The notes beneath the pieces are model-generated. The model did no database searches. It saw only the letters and a program-made list of their open reading frames with translations, and had not been told where the DNA came from. A program made the translations under genes and the position numbers. A stretch of 64,000 bases of DNA from Chthoniobacterales bacterium (GTDB lineage Bacteria; Verrucomicrobiota; Verrucomicrobiia; Chthoniobacterales; JACTMZ01): the NCBI GenBank assembly GCA_041736875.1, contig JBGSSV010000111.1:31-64030 (forward strand), written 5' to 3'. Each line of letters opens with the position of its first letter. The first letter of the stretch is position 1. Positions 29,801-42,636 of this stretch are shown here, piece by piece.

Positions 29801-31120
29801 GCGCAGCGCCTGCAAGAACAGATCGTCCGCCGATCGGCCGAAGAACTCAACGCCTTGGCGCTGCTCCTCGCCTCGGCCGCCGATCCCCGGTTGGGCGTTC
29901 CAGGATCGGCCGCCGCGGCGGGGCAGGCGGTCTCGGTGCTGCGCGAGATGAAGCGGGCCGGAGTCGGCTTGGAGGAGGATTACCGGGGGGAAATCGAGGC
30001 GGCCTTCGCCGGGCCGGCGTTCTCCGGTCGGGCGGAAGTCGCGGCGTTGCTCGCCGACGTGGCGGGACAGCCCACTCCTGCACCGGCGGCCGCAAATATC
30101 GTCGACGTGACCGACACCGGCACGCTCCGGCGGACGCTCAGGAAAGATTCGTTCATGCTCGTCAAGGGTGTCATCGCTTCGGCCAGGTGGACGGGCACGC
30201 GCCGGACGCTGCGCCTTCAATTTGAAGGGGTCAAACCCGACGAATTTTCGGCGTCGATCCCGGCGGACTTGCAGTTGGGTTTGGAGGCGAAGCTGGGGGG
30301 GAGCCTCGAGGAAGTTCTGCCGGGGCTGGGGGTGGAACTTGGCGGCCATATCTACGGATACGATGGGCCTCCGGTGCTCGTGGTCGGGTCCATCGACAAT
30401 TTCAAGCCCACGCATCGTGCGGAAGCGGTGCCGAAAGTGGAGGAACTCCGAGTCCTTCCGGCCACGGATATCCCTGCGCTTCGCGCCGCCATGGGCACCG
30501 AGGTGTCCGTCGAGGGGGACGTGGCCGATGTGATCCTCATGCGTTCGGGGCTGGCGACAACGATCCAACTCGACTCGGGGGGCGGTGAGACGCTGTTGGC
30601 CGTGGTTTTTGCCAGCGGTGCTCCCGCGATCGAGTCGAAGCTCGCTGGCCCCCTTCGTGAGCAACTCCTCGGTAAACGCATCCGCCTCAGGGGAACTCTG
30701 GAACCCTACGGCGGACGCAACCCGGCTTGGGCCGGGTTTCCGCAGATCGCCCTCGAGGACCCGGCCCAGCTGGAGCGGCTGAGCGACGCCGCGCTTCCGA
30801 ACCCTGCCGATGCGGAGGTCTTCCTGCGCAGGTCCGGCGCGCACGCGACCGTCGTGGCGACGGTTGGAGAGATGTCCCGCAGTCCCAGTGCCAAGGTGCT
30901 CAACATCCGCTTCAGCGAGGCGGGGCCGGACGGCTTGCGCGCCGCGGTCTTCCCCAGCAACGAGTCGGCCATCGCGAGCAAACTCGGCGGGAGCCTGGAG
31001 ACCATCCTTCCCGGTCGTCGGGTCCGGATCTCCGGAAAGGTCAGCACCTATGAAGGTCAGCCGCAGATCATTCTCTCCAACCCCTGGCAGATCGATCTGG
31101 CTGAAGCCGACGGCGGATAA
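26858..31120 (+). CDS. class III cyclase domain - Ser/Thr protein kinase - TM - helical-repeat region - three OB-like C-terminal modules
   Basis: CHD: VVIVFTDMVGSTDLK...ISTNGDSFLLAL...MAIHVGEVLVEE...GIQVDTCARVMS. Kinase: LGEGGFGEVWLARH...VFKF...IIHRDVKPSNILV...LTDFGIG...YMAPE. TM: AAVAVILLVAGLAFLA. About 850 aa lie distal to the TM. ATG 26858 (M62 of ORF 26675..31120). Confidence 0.8.
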   Translation: MNMPAIEGVSAQRLEDFHRRHRNALVVIVFTDMVGSTDLKQRLGDEAAVRLIAEHHALLREVLAGERDGEEISTNGDSFLLALSRPSSAVRFALRAQARMREFSRRCGETIRDRMAIHVGEVLVEEGSSDLQGIQVDTCARVMSLGGGDQILLTRFAFDNARQALRAGEFENLAELRWLSHGHYSLQGLEEPVEICEVGEEGLAVLQAPPDSAKARRAFQPGDEPVLGWRPAVAQAVPGTGWILKEKLGEGGFGEVWLARHAKLGKQQVFKFCFRADRARSLKRELTLFRILQERAGHHPNIVGINDVYLDEPPFYLGMDYVDGADLTVWCEQRGGALAVPLETRLDLIAQIADALQAAHDAGIIHRDVKPSNILVEEKAGARPHARLTDFGIGQVTSDDTLSGVTRLGFTMTMMSTEPTGAGGTQIYMAPELLAGRPASIRSDIYSLGVILYQLVIGDLHQPLTTDWRTRVPDPLLQEDLARCFAGDPEERFAGAAQLAEALRAIETRRTEAEARAREQAERERAAYRRGLLRATAAAVAVILLVAGLAFLARREGMRAEANYRSAQKVVDDLMLLTKGMAGEQASPADSRLMPQELADSAVQNYRDFLAQRPDDAALRLNLAKVCRSRALIYAANAGGDDEQRRIARESMDESLEILRSLLAAAPQDPAVREELANALGGVALDGRNNLGRDEEERGQAAAEALQVRRELAAGARDSFAIQLALADLLRDISQAAPEGESVSLVTEEVVTRGKALTVSPESRRFEALIALSLARERLADLSTEPDRARHLREAFEAVADSREPDHHRLPLVLRRLDLATLIAWEERLAGRVPAAAEWADRIEQELARLAGCEIDAAGLAEARRSEAEGLIELAQSKARLPPQEALGLLARAIKIEEGLGGSQSNSFDPESLDAAWDAWIRLAVAAGTPERALEAARSACTFWGAVWGEDPSRVAASWFRLANLQSELGRQEAAGESLAEAQRLQEQIVRRSAEELNALALLLASAADPRLGVPGSAAAAGQAVSVLREMKRAGVGLEEDYRGEIEAAFAGPAFSGRAEVAALLADVAGQPTPAPAAANIVDVTDTGTLRRTLRKDSFMLVKGVIASARWTGTRRTLRLQFEGVKPDEFSASIPADLQLGLEAKLGGSLEEVLPGLGVELGGHIYGYDGPPVLVVGSIDNFKPTHRAEAVPKVEELRVLPATDIPALRAAMGTEVSVEGDVADVILMRSGLATTIQLDSGGGETLLAVVFASGAPAIESKLAGPLREQLLGKRIRLRGTLEPYGGRNPAWAGFPQIALEDPAQLERLSDAALPNPADAEVFLRRSGAHATVVATVGEMSRSPSAKVLNIRFSEAGPDGLRAAVFPSNESAIASKLGGSLETILPGRRVRISGKVSTYEGQPQIILSNPWQIDLAEADGG

Positions 31121-31132
31121 CAACTGCCTCGG

Positions 31133-31191
31133 TTACTCGGTTTTGCGGCCCTGATCCGGTGTGCCGATGAAGACATTGCTGCCGGCGGGGA
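31133..31191 (-). pseudogene. relic of an SPFH-gene 3' end (last ~19 codons with own TAA)
   Basis: The minus strand reads ..LPAGSNVFIGTPDQGRKTE*. The intact SPFH gene ends ..VPAGSNVFIGTPEKSGAR*. Homology does not continue upstream of the PAGSNVFIGTP block. Confidence 0.5.
31155..31191. repeat. 37-bp direct repeat, copy 1
   Basis: tccggtgtgccgatgaagacAttgctgccggcgggga. Matches 32533..32569 at 36 of 37 positions. Confidence 0.9.
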
Positions 31192-31248
31192 GGGACTGCT
31201 CGGCCCAAGGTCTTGGGGGTTCGCAGTGCAGGACCTACATCCAACGGG

Positions 31249-32256
31249 TTAGCCGTTGATGCTGCCCATTCCCCATTCGTCGTAGCGATCGCCTTTGACG
31301 CGATCGGCCAGCGCATCCAGGGCCGCTCGTTGAGTCGCGGACAGTTTCACCTCGTAAGCACCGAGATTTGACTTCAGGTTTTCTCGTTTCGTCGTTCCCA
31401 CAAGTGCCATCGTGTTTTGACTGCGACCGATGACCCAGGCAAGGGAGACCTGCGCGGGTGTGCATGCTGCGGCACAGGCCACCGCTTCAATCTCCCCAGC
31501 GAGCATCACGTTGGTGGCGTAGGCTTCACCTTGGAAACGAGGTGTGGTCAACCGCCAGTCACCGTCGGTCAGTGTGTCCGTTTTGAATCGTCCCGTCAGC
31601 AGACCGCGGCCAAGCGGAGAGTAGGCCACCAGCGAGGCTCCAACTTCAAGGCAGGCTGGAATGACCTCCCCTTCGACATCCCGGCTGAAGATCGAGTATT
31701 CCGATTGCACTGCCGAAATCGGATGAATTTGAGCCGCACGCCGGATCGTATCGCCGGAGGCCTCGGACAAACCGAGGGCGCGCACCTTGCCCTCACTCAC
31801 CAGTTCTGCCATCGCGCCCACCGTTTCCTCAATCGGCGTTTCCGGATCGACGCGATGAAGGTAGTAAAGATCGATAACATCGCAGCGCAGGCGTTGCAGC
31901 GAACCTTCGACAGCGCGGCGGCAGTTCGTGCGCGAGCCATCCAGACCGGTGAACTCGCCGGTTTTGAAATCCCGTGTGGGCCCGAATTTCGTGGCGATGA
32001 AGACACGGTCACGGCGGTCTGCGAACGCCTTGCCCAGCAGGGTCTCATTGGCGCCGCCAATTCCATACATTTCGGCGGTATCGAAGTGCTGGACGCCCAG
32101 GTCGATCGCCTCGTGCAGCAACCTGATTGCTGCGCCCTGCTCCATGGGTGGCCCGTAAAACTCGGAAAGGCTCATGCAGCCAAGACCTATGGCTGGCAGC
32201 TCCCGCTCCGTATTGCCCAGTAAGATTTTTTGCGGTGGGGTTTTGATGGCTTTCAT
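31249..32256 (-). CDS. aldo/keto reductase
   Basis: Reads ELPAIGLGCMSLSEFYG, DTAEMYG, LYYLHRVDP and SPLGRGLLTG. ATG 32256 (M10 of ORF 31249..32283). Confidence 0.85.
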   Translation of the reverse strand: MKAIKTPPQKILLGNTERELPAIGLGCMSLSEFYGPPMEQGAAIRLLHEAIDLGVQHFDTAEMYGIGGANETLLGKAFADRRDRVFIATKFGPTRDFKTGEFTGLDGSRTNCRRAVEGSLQRLRCDVIDLYYLHRVDPETPIEETVGAMAELVSEGKVRALGLSEASGDTIRRAAQIHPISAVQSEYSIFSRDVEGEVIPACLEVGASLVAYSPLGRGLLTGRFKTDTLTDGDWRLTTPRFQGEAYATNVMLAGEIEAVACAAACTPAQVSLAWVIGRSQNTMALVGTTKRENLKSNLGAYEVKLSATQRAALDALADRVKGDRYDEWGMGSING

Positions 32257-32513
32257 CTTCACGCCCGAGCTTGGACGGAACAAGCAACAAAGGGATGGGA
32301 TAAGTTGACTCCACTGCCGGGCTTGGCGATTTCCTCGGAAGCAATGCGCTTCCGCGCTTTCGCCTCCTACCGCATCAGGAATCCTCGCTCGCCTGCTCCG
32401 GCAGGCCGGGAGCGCGAGAAGCGGATTTGGTGGCCGAGCACTGGGTCGGCATGGTTTGGGAAATCCATGAACTTTGCCGATTCCTGAGCGCGAGGCGGCG
32501 CGGGTTGTCCAGC

Positions 32514-33407
32514 TTACCTTGCCCCGCTTTTTTCCGGTGTGCCGATGAAGACGTTGCTGCCGGCGGGGACGATGACGCGGTCGGCACCTTTGATGTTCTG
32601 CATGCCGAGGTATTGGATGTATTCCGGCGAGAGGACGGCTTTGATCGAGTTGATCGCCTTCGCTTCCTCCTCCGCCTGCGCGGCAACCCTGGCGCCGGCG
32701 GCCTCGCCCTCGGCCCGGTCGATCTCGATGTTTTTCTGGGCAATCTGCAGCTGGATGGCGCGTTGCTCGAGTTCCTGATTACTGGCCACTTTTTTGGAAA
32801 TGGCTTCGATCACGTTGGCCGGCGGTTGGGCGTTGCCCATGACCACATCGAGCACCTCGAACGGCGTGTCGGCCAGGCGCTGGACGACCTGCTCCTTGAT
32901 CGCGTCGGAAATTTTGGTCAGCTCGGCGTTGACGTCGAGGCCGTCGTAGTTCGCGATGATCGTGCGGGTCTCGGTGCGAAAGGGTTCTTTGATGTATTGA
33001 TCGTAGGCTTCCTTGGCCACGTCATCCGGCGATGCCGCCGAATCCCATCCGCCGAAGGATTCGAGGAACCGCCGGATTTCCTGCGGGTCGCTCTTGAGCC
33101 GCCAGACGATGTGGCTGTTGGCGTCGAGCGAGAGTTTGTCCTTGGCCAGAGCGGAGGCCTGACCCGAAAAGGTTTCTGGATAGGTATAAGGGGTGACCGA
33201 GACAAGCTGGCCGGCCAGGCGCCAACGCCATCCGGTCGAGGCCGGGCCGATGAGCACCTCCTTGAAGGTGCTCTTGCCGAAAATCGGCACGCTGTAAATG
33301 TAGCCCGCGTAGCCGGCGGGGACGCGGAAGTTGCCCATGTTCGGGGCCACGAAGGTGAGAGCGATGATCCCGAGGACCACGGGGGCGATAATTTTGGCGA
33401 GGCTCAT
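32514..33407 (-). CDS. SPFH/band-7 (prohibitin/HflC-like) membrane protein
   Basis: N-terminal anchor IIAPVVLGIIALTFV. The SPFH body is followed by a coiled coil, QELEQRAIQLQIAQKNIEIDRAEGEAAGARVAAQAEEEAKA. ATG 33407 (M15 of ORF 32514..33449). Confidence 0.75.
   Translation of the reverse strand: MSLAKIIAPVVLGIIALTFVAPNMGNFRVPAGYAGYIYSVPIFGKSTFKEVLIGPASTGWRWRLAGQLVSVTPYTYPETFSGQASALAKDKLSLDANSHIVWRLKSDPQEIRRFLESFGGWDSAASPDDVAKEAYDQYIKEPFRTETRTIIANYDGLDVNAELTKISDAIKEQVVQRLADTPFEVLDVVMGNAQPPANVIEAISKKVASNQELEQRAIQLQIAQKNIEIDRAEGEAAGARVAAQAEEEAKAINSIKAVLSPEYIQYLGMQNIKGADRVIVPAGSNVFIGTPEKSGAR
32533..32569. repeat. 37-bp direct repeat, copy 2 (inside the 3' end of the SPFH gene)
   Basis: tccggtgtgccgatgaagacGttgctgccggcgggga. 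Confidence 0.9.
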
Positions 33408-33496
33408 AAGCTTGGCAGATCCGGATGACGAGGTTTGGTTGAAGGCCACGGGCTGAGTCTGCCACGTCCGGAACGCCGGGGGAAGGGCTGGCTATG

Positions 33497-33931
33497 TTAC
33501 GGGGTCTTTTTCTCCGTTCGCCCGGGGGAAGCGGGAAGCACCTTGATCTGCCGGATCCGCGAGACCTTGATCTGCGTCTTTTTCTTGTAGCTCTCCAGCA
33601 TGCCCGTCACGCGCAAGGTCCGGCCGATGTAGGTCTCGAGGGGTTTGAGCTTGGGGTAAACGGCCGGAACCACGGCCGCGACAAAGCCCCGCTTCTCGAC
33701 CGCGGAAAAGTCGAGGAACCGCAGACCGTCGTTCGTCCCCGCGCCGGCAGAGACCACCGTGCCCTCGACCACGACCTGCTGGCCGACATGAGCTTTGAGC
33801 CCCGTTGCGTCGGTCGCGCTGATCAACGGGAGCACCACTTTTTCCGGGGCCGCGTGGACCGGCCCGGTGAGGAAGGCCAAAACCGCGAAAGCCATCGCGG
33901 TGCAAACAAGCCTGACGGTCGGGAATCTCAT
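33497..33931 (-). CDS. secreted single OB-like module protein (paralogous to the kinase C-terminal repeats)
   Basis: Signal peptide MRFPTVRLVCTAMAFAVLAFLTGPVHA. Then HVGQQVVVEGTVVSAG..GLRFLDFS...GFVAAVVPAVYPKL...IGRTLRVTGMLESYKKKTQIKV. ATG 33931 (M14 of ORF 33497..33970). Confidence 0.55.
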   Translation of the reverse strand: MRFPTVRLVCTAMAFAVLAFLTGPVHAAPEKVVLPLISATDATGLKAHVGQQVVVEGTVVSAGAGTNDGLRFLDFSAVEKRGFVAAVVPAVYPKLKPLETYIGRTLRVTGMLESYKKKTQIKVSRIRQIKVLPASPGRTEKKTP

Positions 33932-34090
33932 GGTGCGGGGAGAATGGGCAAGAACGCTCCGATTCCGCAAGCCGGGAATCGGGCCAAAGCCGGGGTCGGC
34001 GCCGTGCCGGATTTCTTGGTCCGGTTGGTGGCCTCCTGATTGCGTGTTTTATTCCATTGCCATGTTGAACTCAGACCTGCATGGTCCGCC

Positions 34091-35581
<1,491 letters not shown>

Positions 35582-35613
35582 TGATTGCCTGAGCGAGCCC
35601 GTGGCCTGAGCGG

Positions 35614-36749
35614 CTACAGGTCCTCGTCCTCGTCGGCCGCGCCCTTTTTGTAGGTCAGGCCGCGGAGTTTGCCGTGGATGAACTCGTCGAGGTCGCCGTC
35701 CATCACGCCTTGGACATTGCTGGTTTGCACGCCGGTGCGGAGGTCTTTGACCATCTGGTAGGGCTGGAAAACGTAGGAGCGGATCTGGTTGCCCCAGGCG
35801 ATGTCGCCTTTTTCCCCGTATTGCCGCTCAACCTCGGCGCGCTTCTTGTCCTGCTCGACCTGATAAAGTTTGGCCTTGAGCAGTTTCATCGCGAGGTTGC
35901 GGTTCTTGAGCTGGCTGCGTTCGGCCTGGCAGGCGACGACAATGCCGGAGGGCATGTGCGTGATGCGCACGGCGGTTTCGACCTTGTTGACGTTCTGTCC
36001 GCCCTTGCCGCCGCTGCGGTAGGTGTCGATGCGCAGGTCGCGCTCCTCGACTTCCACCGGTGCGTCCTCCGGGATCTCCGGGGTGACGTCCACGCTGGCG
36101 AATGAGGTGTGGCGGCGTTTGTTGCTGTCGAAGGGCGAAATGCGCACGAGGCGGTGGACGCCGCGTTCGGTCTGGAGGTAGCCGTAGGAGTGTTCGCCGG
36201 TCACGCGCAGGGTGGCCCATTTGAGGCCGGTTTCCTCGCCGGGTTGGATGTCGAGGATTTCGGAGGTGAGACCGTGGCGTTCGATCCAGCGCTGATACAT
36301 GCGCATGAGCATGTCGGCCCAATCGCAGGCCTCGGTGCCGCCGGCGCCGGAGTGGATGGTCAGGTAGGCGGGATTGCGGTCGAACTCGCCGCCGAGGAGG
36401 CATTGGATTTCGAAGTCATCGAGGGCTGTTTCGAGGTCACGGCATTCCTTGACCACCTCGCCCTCGGCCTGGGTGCGAGGGGCGCCCTCCGGTTCGGCCT
36501 CGGCCAGTTCCCGCAGGATGGCGAGGTCGTTGATGCGTGTTTCCAATCCGCGGAACGGCTCAATGATACCGCGCAGTCGCGAGACGCGCTCCACGTCGGC
36601 CTGAGCCTGTTCCTTGCGATCCCAGAAACCGGGTTCGGCCATGCGGCCCTCGACCGCGGTCAACTCGCCGGTGACTCGGTCGTAGTCAAAGAAACCTCCG
36701 CAACTGCGTCAGACGTGACGCCAGCCCGGAGGTGTCGAGGCTCTCGAAA

Positions 36750-36763
<14 letters not shown>
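35614..36763 (-). CDS. prfB: peptide chain release factor 2, two reading frames joined by programmed +1 frameshift
   Basis: Frame 0 runs from GTG 36763: VSNPDFESLDTSGLASRLTQLRRFL, then TGA at 36688-36686. Frame +1 runs from GAC 36687: DYDRVTGELTAVEGRMAEPGFWD...SGGKGGQNVNKVETAV (GGQ motif), to the stop at 35614. Confidence 0.9.
36685..36699 (-). promoter_or_regulatory. RF2 autoregulatory +1 frameshift site (GGAGG-N3-CTT TGA C)
   Basis: The minus strand reads GGAGGTTTCTTTGAC. This is an internal SD-like GGAGG three nt upstream of the CUU-UGA-C slippery/stop context. Confidence 0.85.
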
Positions 36764-40313
<3,550 letters not shown>

Positions 40314-40399
40314 ATGACATAGCGAGATTATCGGCTCGCGCACCCTGCGGCGATGGAAAATTTGCCTCCGGCGGCGGACCCGCTATTTTGCCCTCCTCG

Positions 40400-41074
40400 A
40401 TGACCCAAGCCGCGCCCACGCCGTCCGCCCCCTCGTCGCACGAGGGAATTCCGTCCGCGACGCTCTTGAGCGATGAGTTGGAGAGCCTCCTGGTGCTGGC
40501 TGATAGCAAGCCCTTGAAGCTGCGGACGGTGGTCGAGCACCTGCATTTCCGCGGGCTGCCCGCGCTGATCGTGCTGCTCTGCGTGCCGTTCCTTTTTCCC
40601 GTTTCCGTCCCGGGTCTGTCCATGCCGTTCGGCTTGGCCATCGCTCTCTGCGGTTTGCGCCTCGGGCTCGGACACAAGTTGTGGATGCCGGATTTCCTCC
40701 TGCGCCGGGAAATTCCCGCCGAAGTGCTGGCCAAGCTGGTCGGCGGGGCGGCGCGTTTTTATCGCCGGATCGAGAAATTGGTGCGGCCCCGCATGCACTT
40801 TCTCCAACGCTGGCCGGGGATGCTCAATCTCCTCGGCTTCATGATCATGATCGGCGGTGTGTTGCTCAGCCTGCCGATTCCGCCGCCGTTTCCGCTGACC
40901 AACACCATCCCGGGGCTGGCCATCATCTTCATGGCCCTGGGCCTGATGGAGCGCGACGGGGTCTGCATCCTCATCGGCTATGGCTTCGCCCTGCTGGGCT
41001 TTTGCTACATCGGCCTGATCTTCTTCCTCGGCGCGGCCGGAGTGCAGCAGCTGTGGGGTTGGTGCTTCGGGTAA
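40400..41074 (+). CDS. ExoD-family exopolysaccharide synthesis membrane protein
   Basis: Reads LPALIVLLCVPFLFPVSVPGLSMPFGLAIALCGLRL...PLTNTIPGLAIIFMALGLMERDGV. ATG 40400; the ORF-track start at 40388 is TTG. Confidence 0.75.
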   Translation: MTQAAPTPSAPSSHEGIPSATLLSDELESLLVLADSKPLKLRTVVEHLHFRGLPALIVLLCVPFLFPVSVPGLSMPFGLAIALCGLRLGLGHKLWMPDFLLRREIPAEVLAKLVGGAARFYRRIEKLVRPRMHFLQRWPGMLNLLGFMIMIGGVLLSLPIPPPFPLTNTIPGLAIIFMALGLMERDGVCILIGYGFALLGFCYIGLIFFLGAAGVQQLWGWCFG

Positions 41075-41207
41075 GGGGTAAACTGCCGTTATTTGCAGTG
41101 TGAATATTTTCTTTGGAATCTTTATTGCCTTACTCAACTAAGATTCTAAAACGTCGCGGAATCCTCGCACGGATCAGCAAAAGAAACCCACAACAGAAAG
41201 GAATATC
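41075..41207 (+). promoter_or_regulatory. locally AT-rich intergenic region upstream of the porin/sulfate-uptake genes (candidate promoter/leader)
   Basis: tgaatattttctttggaatctttattgccttactcaactaagattctaaaac stands out against the GC-rich background. An AAGGA SD-like element lies about 8 nt before ATG 41208. No confident -35/-10 assignment. Confidence 0.3.
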
Positions 41208-42608
41208 ATGATCCAACAAGTAAACATTAGGTCGGTGCGCGGACATTCATCAGCCCGTGTCCAAGTCTCCATTCTTCCCCTCGCGGCGGCGGTCCTTGCC
41301 TCCGCACCGGCGGAGGTCAAGGCCGGACCGCCTGCCGCACCCAGTGCGGTGTCGGGTGCGGGGGAGGCTGGCAGCGAGGATGCTGTCTTGGCCAAATGGT
41401 GGAATGACCGGAAAATCACGGGCGATTGGCTCGGGGCTCGTCCGGTGGTCGAGGATCACGGGCTGACCCTCGGCGGCACATGGCGCGGAATTTTCTATGG
41501 ATTGCTGGCCAGCGAGACAGGCGCCCGTGGCGTCTTTACCCAGGAGTTGGTCTTCAACGGCAAACTCGACTTGGCCAAGCTGTCAGGATTTGAGGGACTG
41601 CAAGGTCTTTCCGCGTTCGGCGAAGCGCGCTGGCGGGAGCCGGGTTACGAGGCGAATCCGAACAACTTCGTCAAGGGGGCGTCGTTCTTCAATCCGTCCC
41701 GTTTCGCCGGCGGCGTCGGCTGGCGTCTCGGAACATTCGGCCTGGCCTACACCACGCCGGAGCTTTTCGGCGTCGAGGACTTGCTCACGCTCCACGGCGG
41801 ATGGCTGCGGCCGCAGCGCGAGTTTCTGGAAAACCAGTGGGGCAATCTTTTCGCGAACAACGCGATGGCACCCTCGGAGGGACTGGGCGCGAACATCCCG
41901 TTCGGTGCGAGCTTCTCCACGTGGGGCGGCACGCTCGAGTTGAACCCGAACGACTGGTCTTACGCTAAGGCTGGGTTGTTCATGTCCTACCCCGAGGCCA
42001 CGTCGTCAAATAACAACGGCCTCATGTTCGAGGGCTACGCGCCTGATCCGGCGGAGAATGGGCTGTTCCTCATGGGTGAAAGCGGTGTCACTCCGGAAAT
42101 CGGCTCGGCCCGCTTGCCCGGCCGCTACGTGTTCGGCGCCTACTACTACGAAGAGGACAACGCCACATTCGGGCGGAGTAAGTATGGGTTTTACTGGCAG
42201 GGTGAGCAGATGCTCCTTCGCGAGGCCTCGGCCTCTGGCACCAGACTCACCGACCAAGGGCTCCACTTCTTCAGCCTCTTTGTCTTTGCTCCCGACGGAT
42301 GGAACAATCGCTATCCCTTCTACTTCCACTCCGGCCTCGTCTACGAGGGACTCATCCCCGGGCGCGACCGCGACCAACTCATGGCTGCGGTGGCCCTCGG
42401 GCAGCACAGCCTCAAGACCCAGCAGGCGGCGATCGATAATGGCAAGCCCGTGCCGGAAGTCACCACGTTCTTCGAAGTCGGCTACCGCATCAAGGTCAGC
42501 GGCTGGTCCTACCTTCAACCTTTCTTCCAATACGAATCACGACCCGACGGCACCGAGGCCGTGGCCAACGCCGCCATCCTAGGCTTCCTCGTCGGCGTGG
42601 ATTTCTGA
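41208..42608 (+). CDS. OprB-family carbohydrate-selective porin
   Basis: Has a signal peptide. Reads [35 protein letters not shown] and has the aromatic C-terminal end [10 protein letters not shown]. Confidence 0.8.
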   Translation: MIQQVNIRSVRGHSSARVQVSILPLAAAVLASAPAEVKAGPPAAPSAVSGAGEAGSEDAVLAKWWNDRKITGDWLGARPVVEDHGLTLGGTWRGIFYGLLASETGARGVFTQELVFNGKLDLAKLSGFEGLQGLSAFGEARWREPGYEANPNNFVKGASFFNPSRFAGGVGWRLGTFGLAYTTPELFGVEDLLTLHGGWLRPQREFLENQWGNLFANNAMAPSEGLGANIPFGASFSTWGGTLELNPNDWSYAKAGLFMSYPEATSSNNNGLMFEGYAPDPAENGLFLMGESGVTPEIGSARLPGRYVFGAYYYEEDNATFGRSKYGFYWQGEQMLLREASASGTRLTDQGLHFFSLFVFAPDGWNNRYPFYFHSGLVYEGLIPGRDRDQLMAAVALGQHSLKTQQAAIDNGKPVPEVTTFFEVGYRIKVSGWSYLQPFFQYESRPDGTEAVANAAILGFLVGVDF

Positions 42609-42636
42609 GCAAAACCTTTCCGAACCAACAACCATC

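Noticed and set aside
33497-33931. Possible NfeD partner of the adjacent SPFH gene (NfeD C-terminal domains are OB folds, and nfeD-SPFH operons are common).
   Set aside because: The protein has a cleavable-looking signal peptide rather than the NfeD membrane anchor. Its sequence pattern matches the kinase C-terminal modules more closely than the NfeD motif I remember. I kept it as an open alternative in the OB-module finding rather than calling it NfeD.
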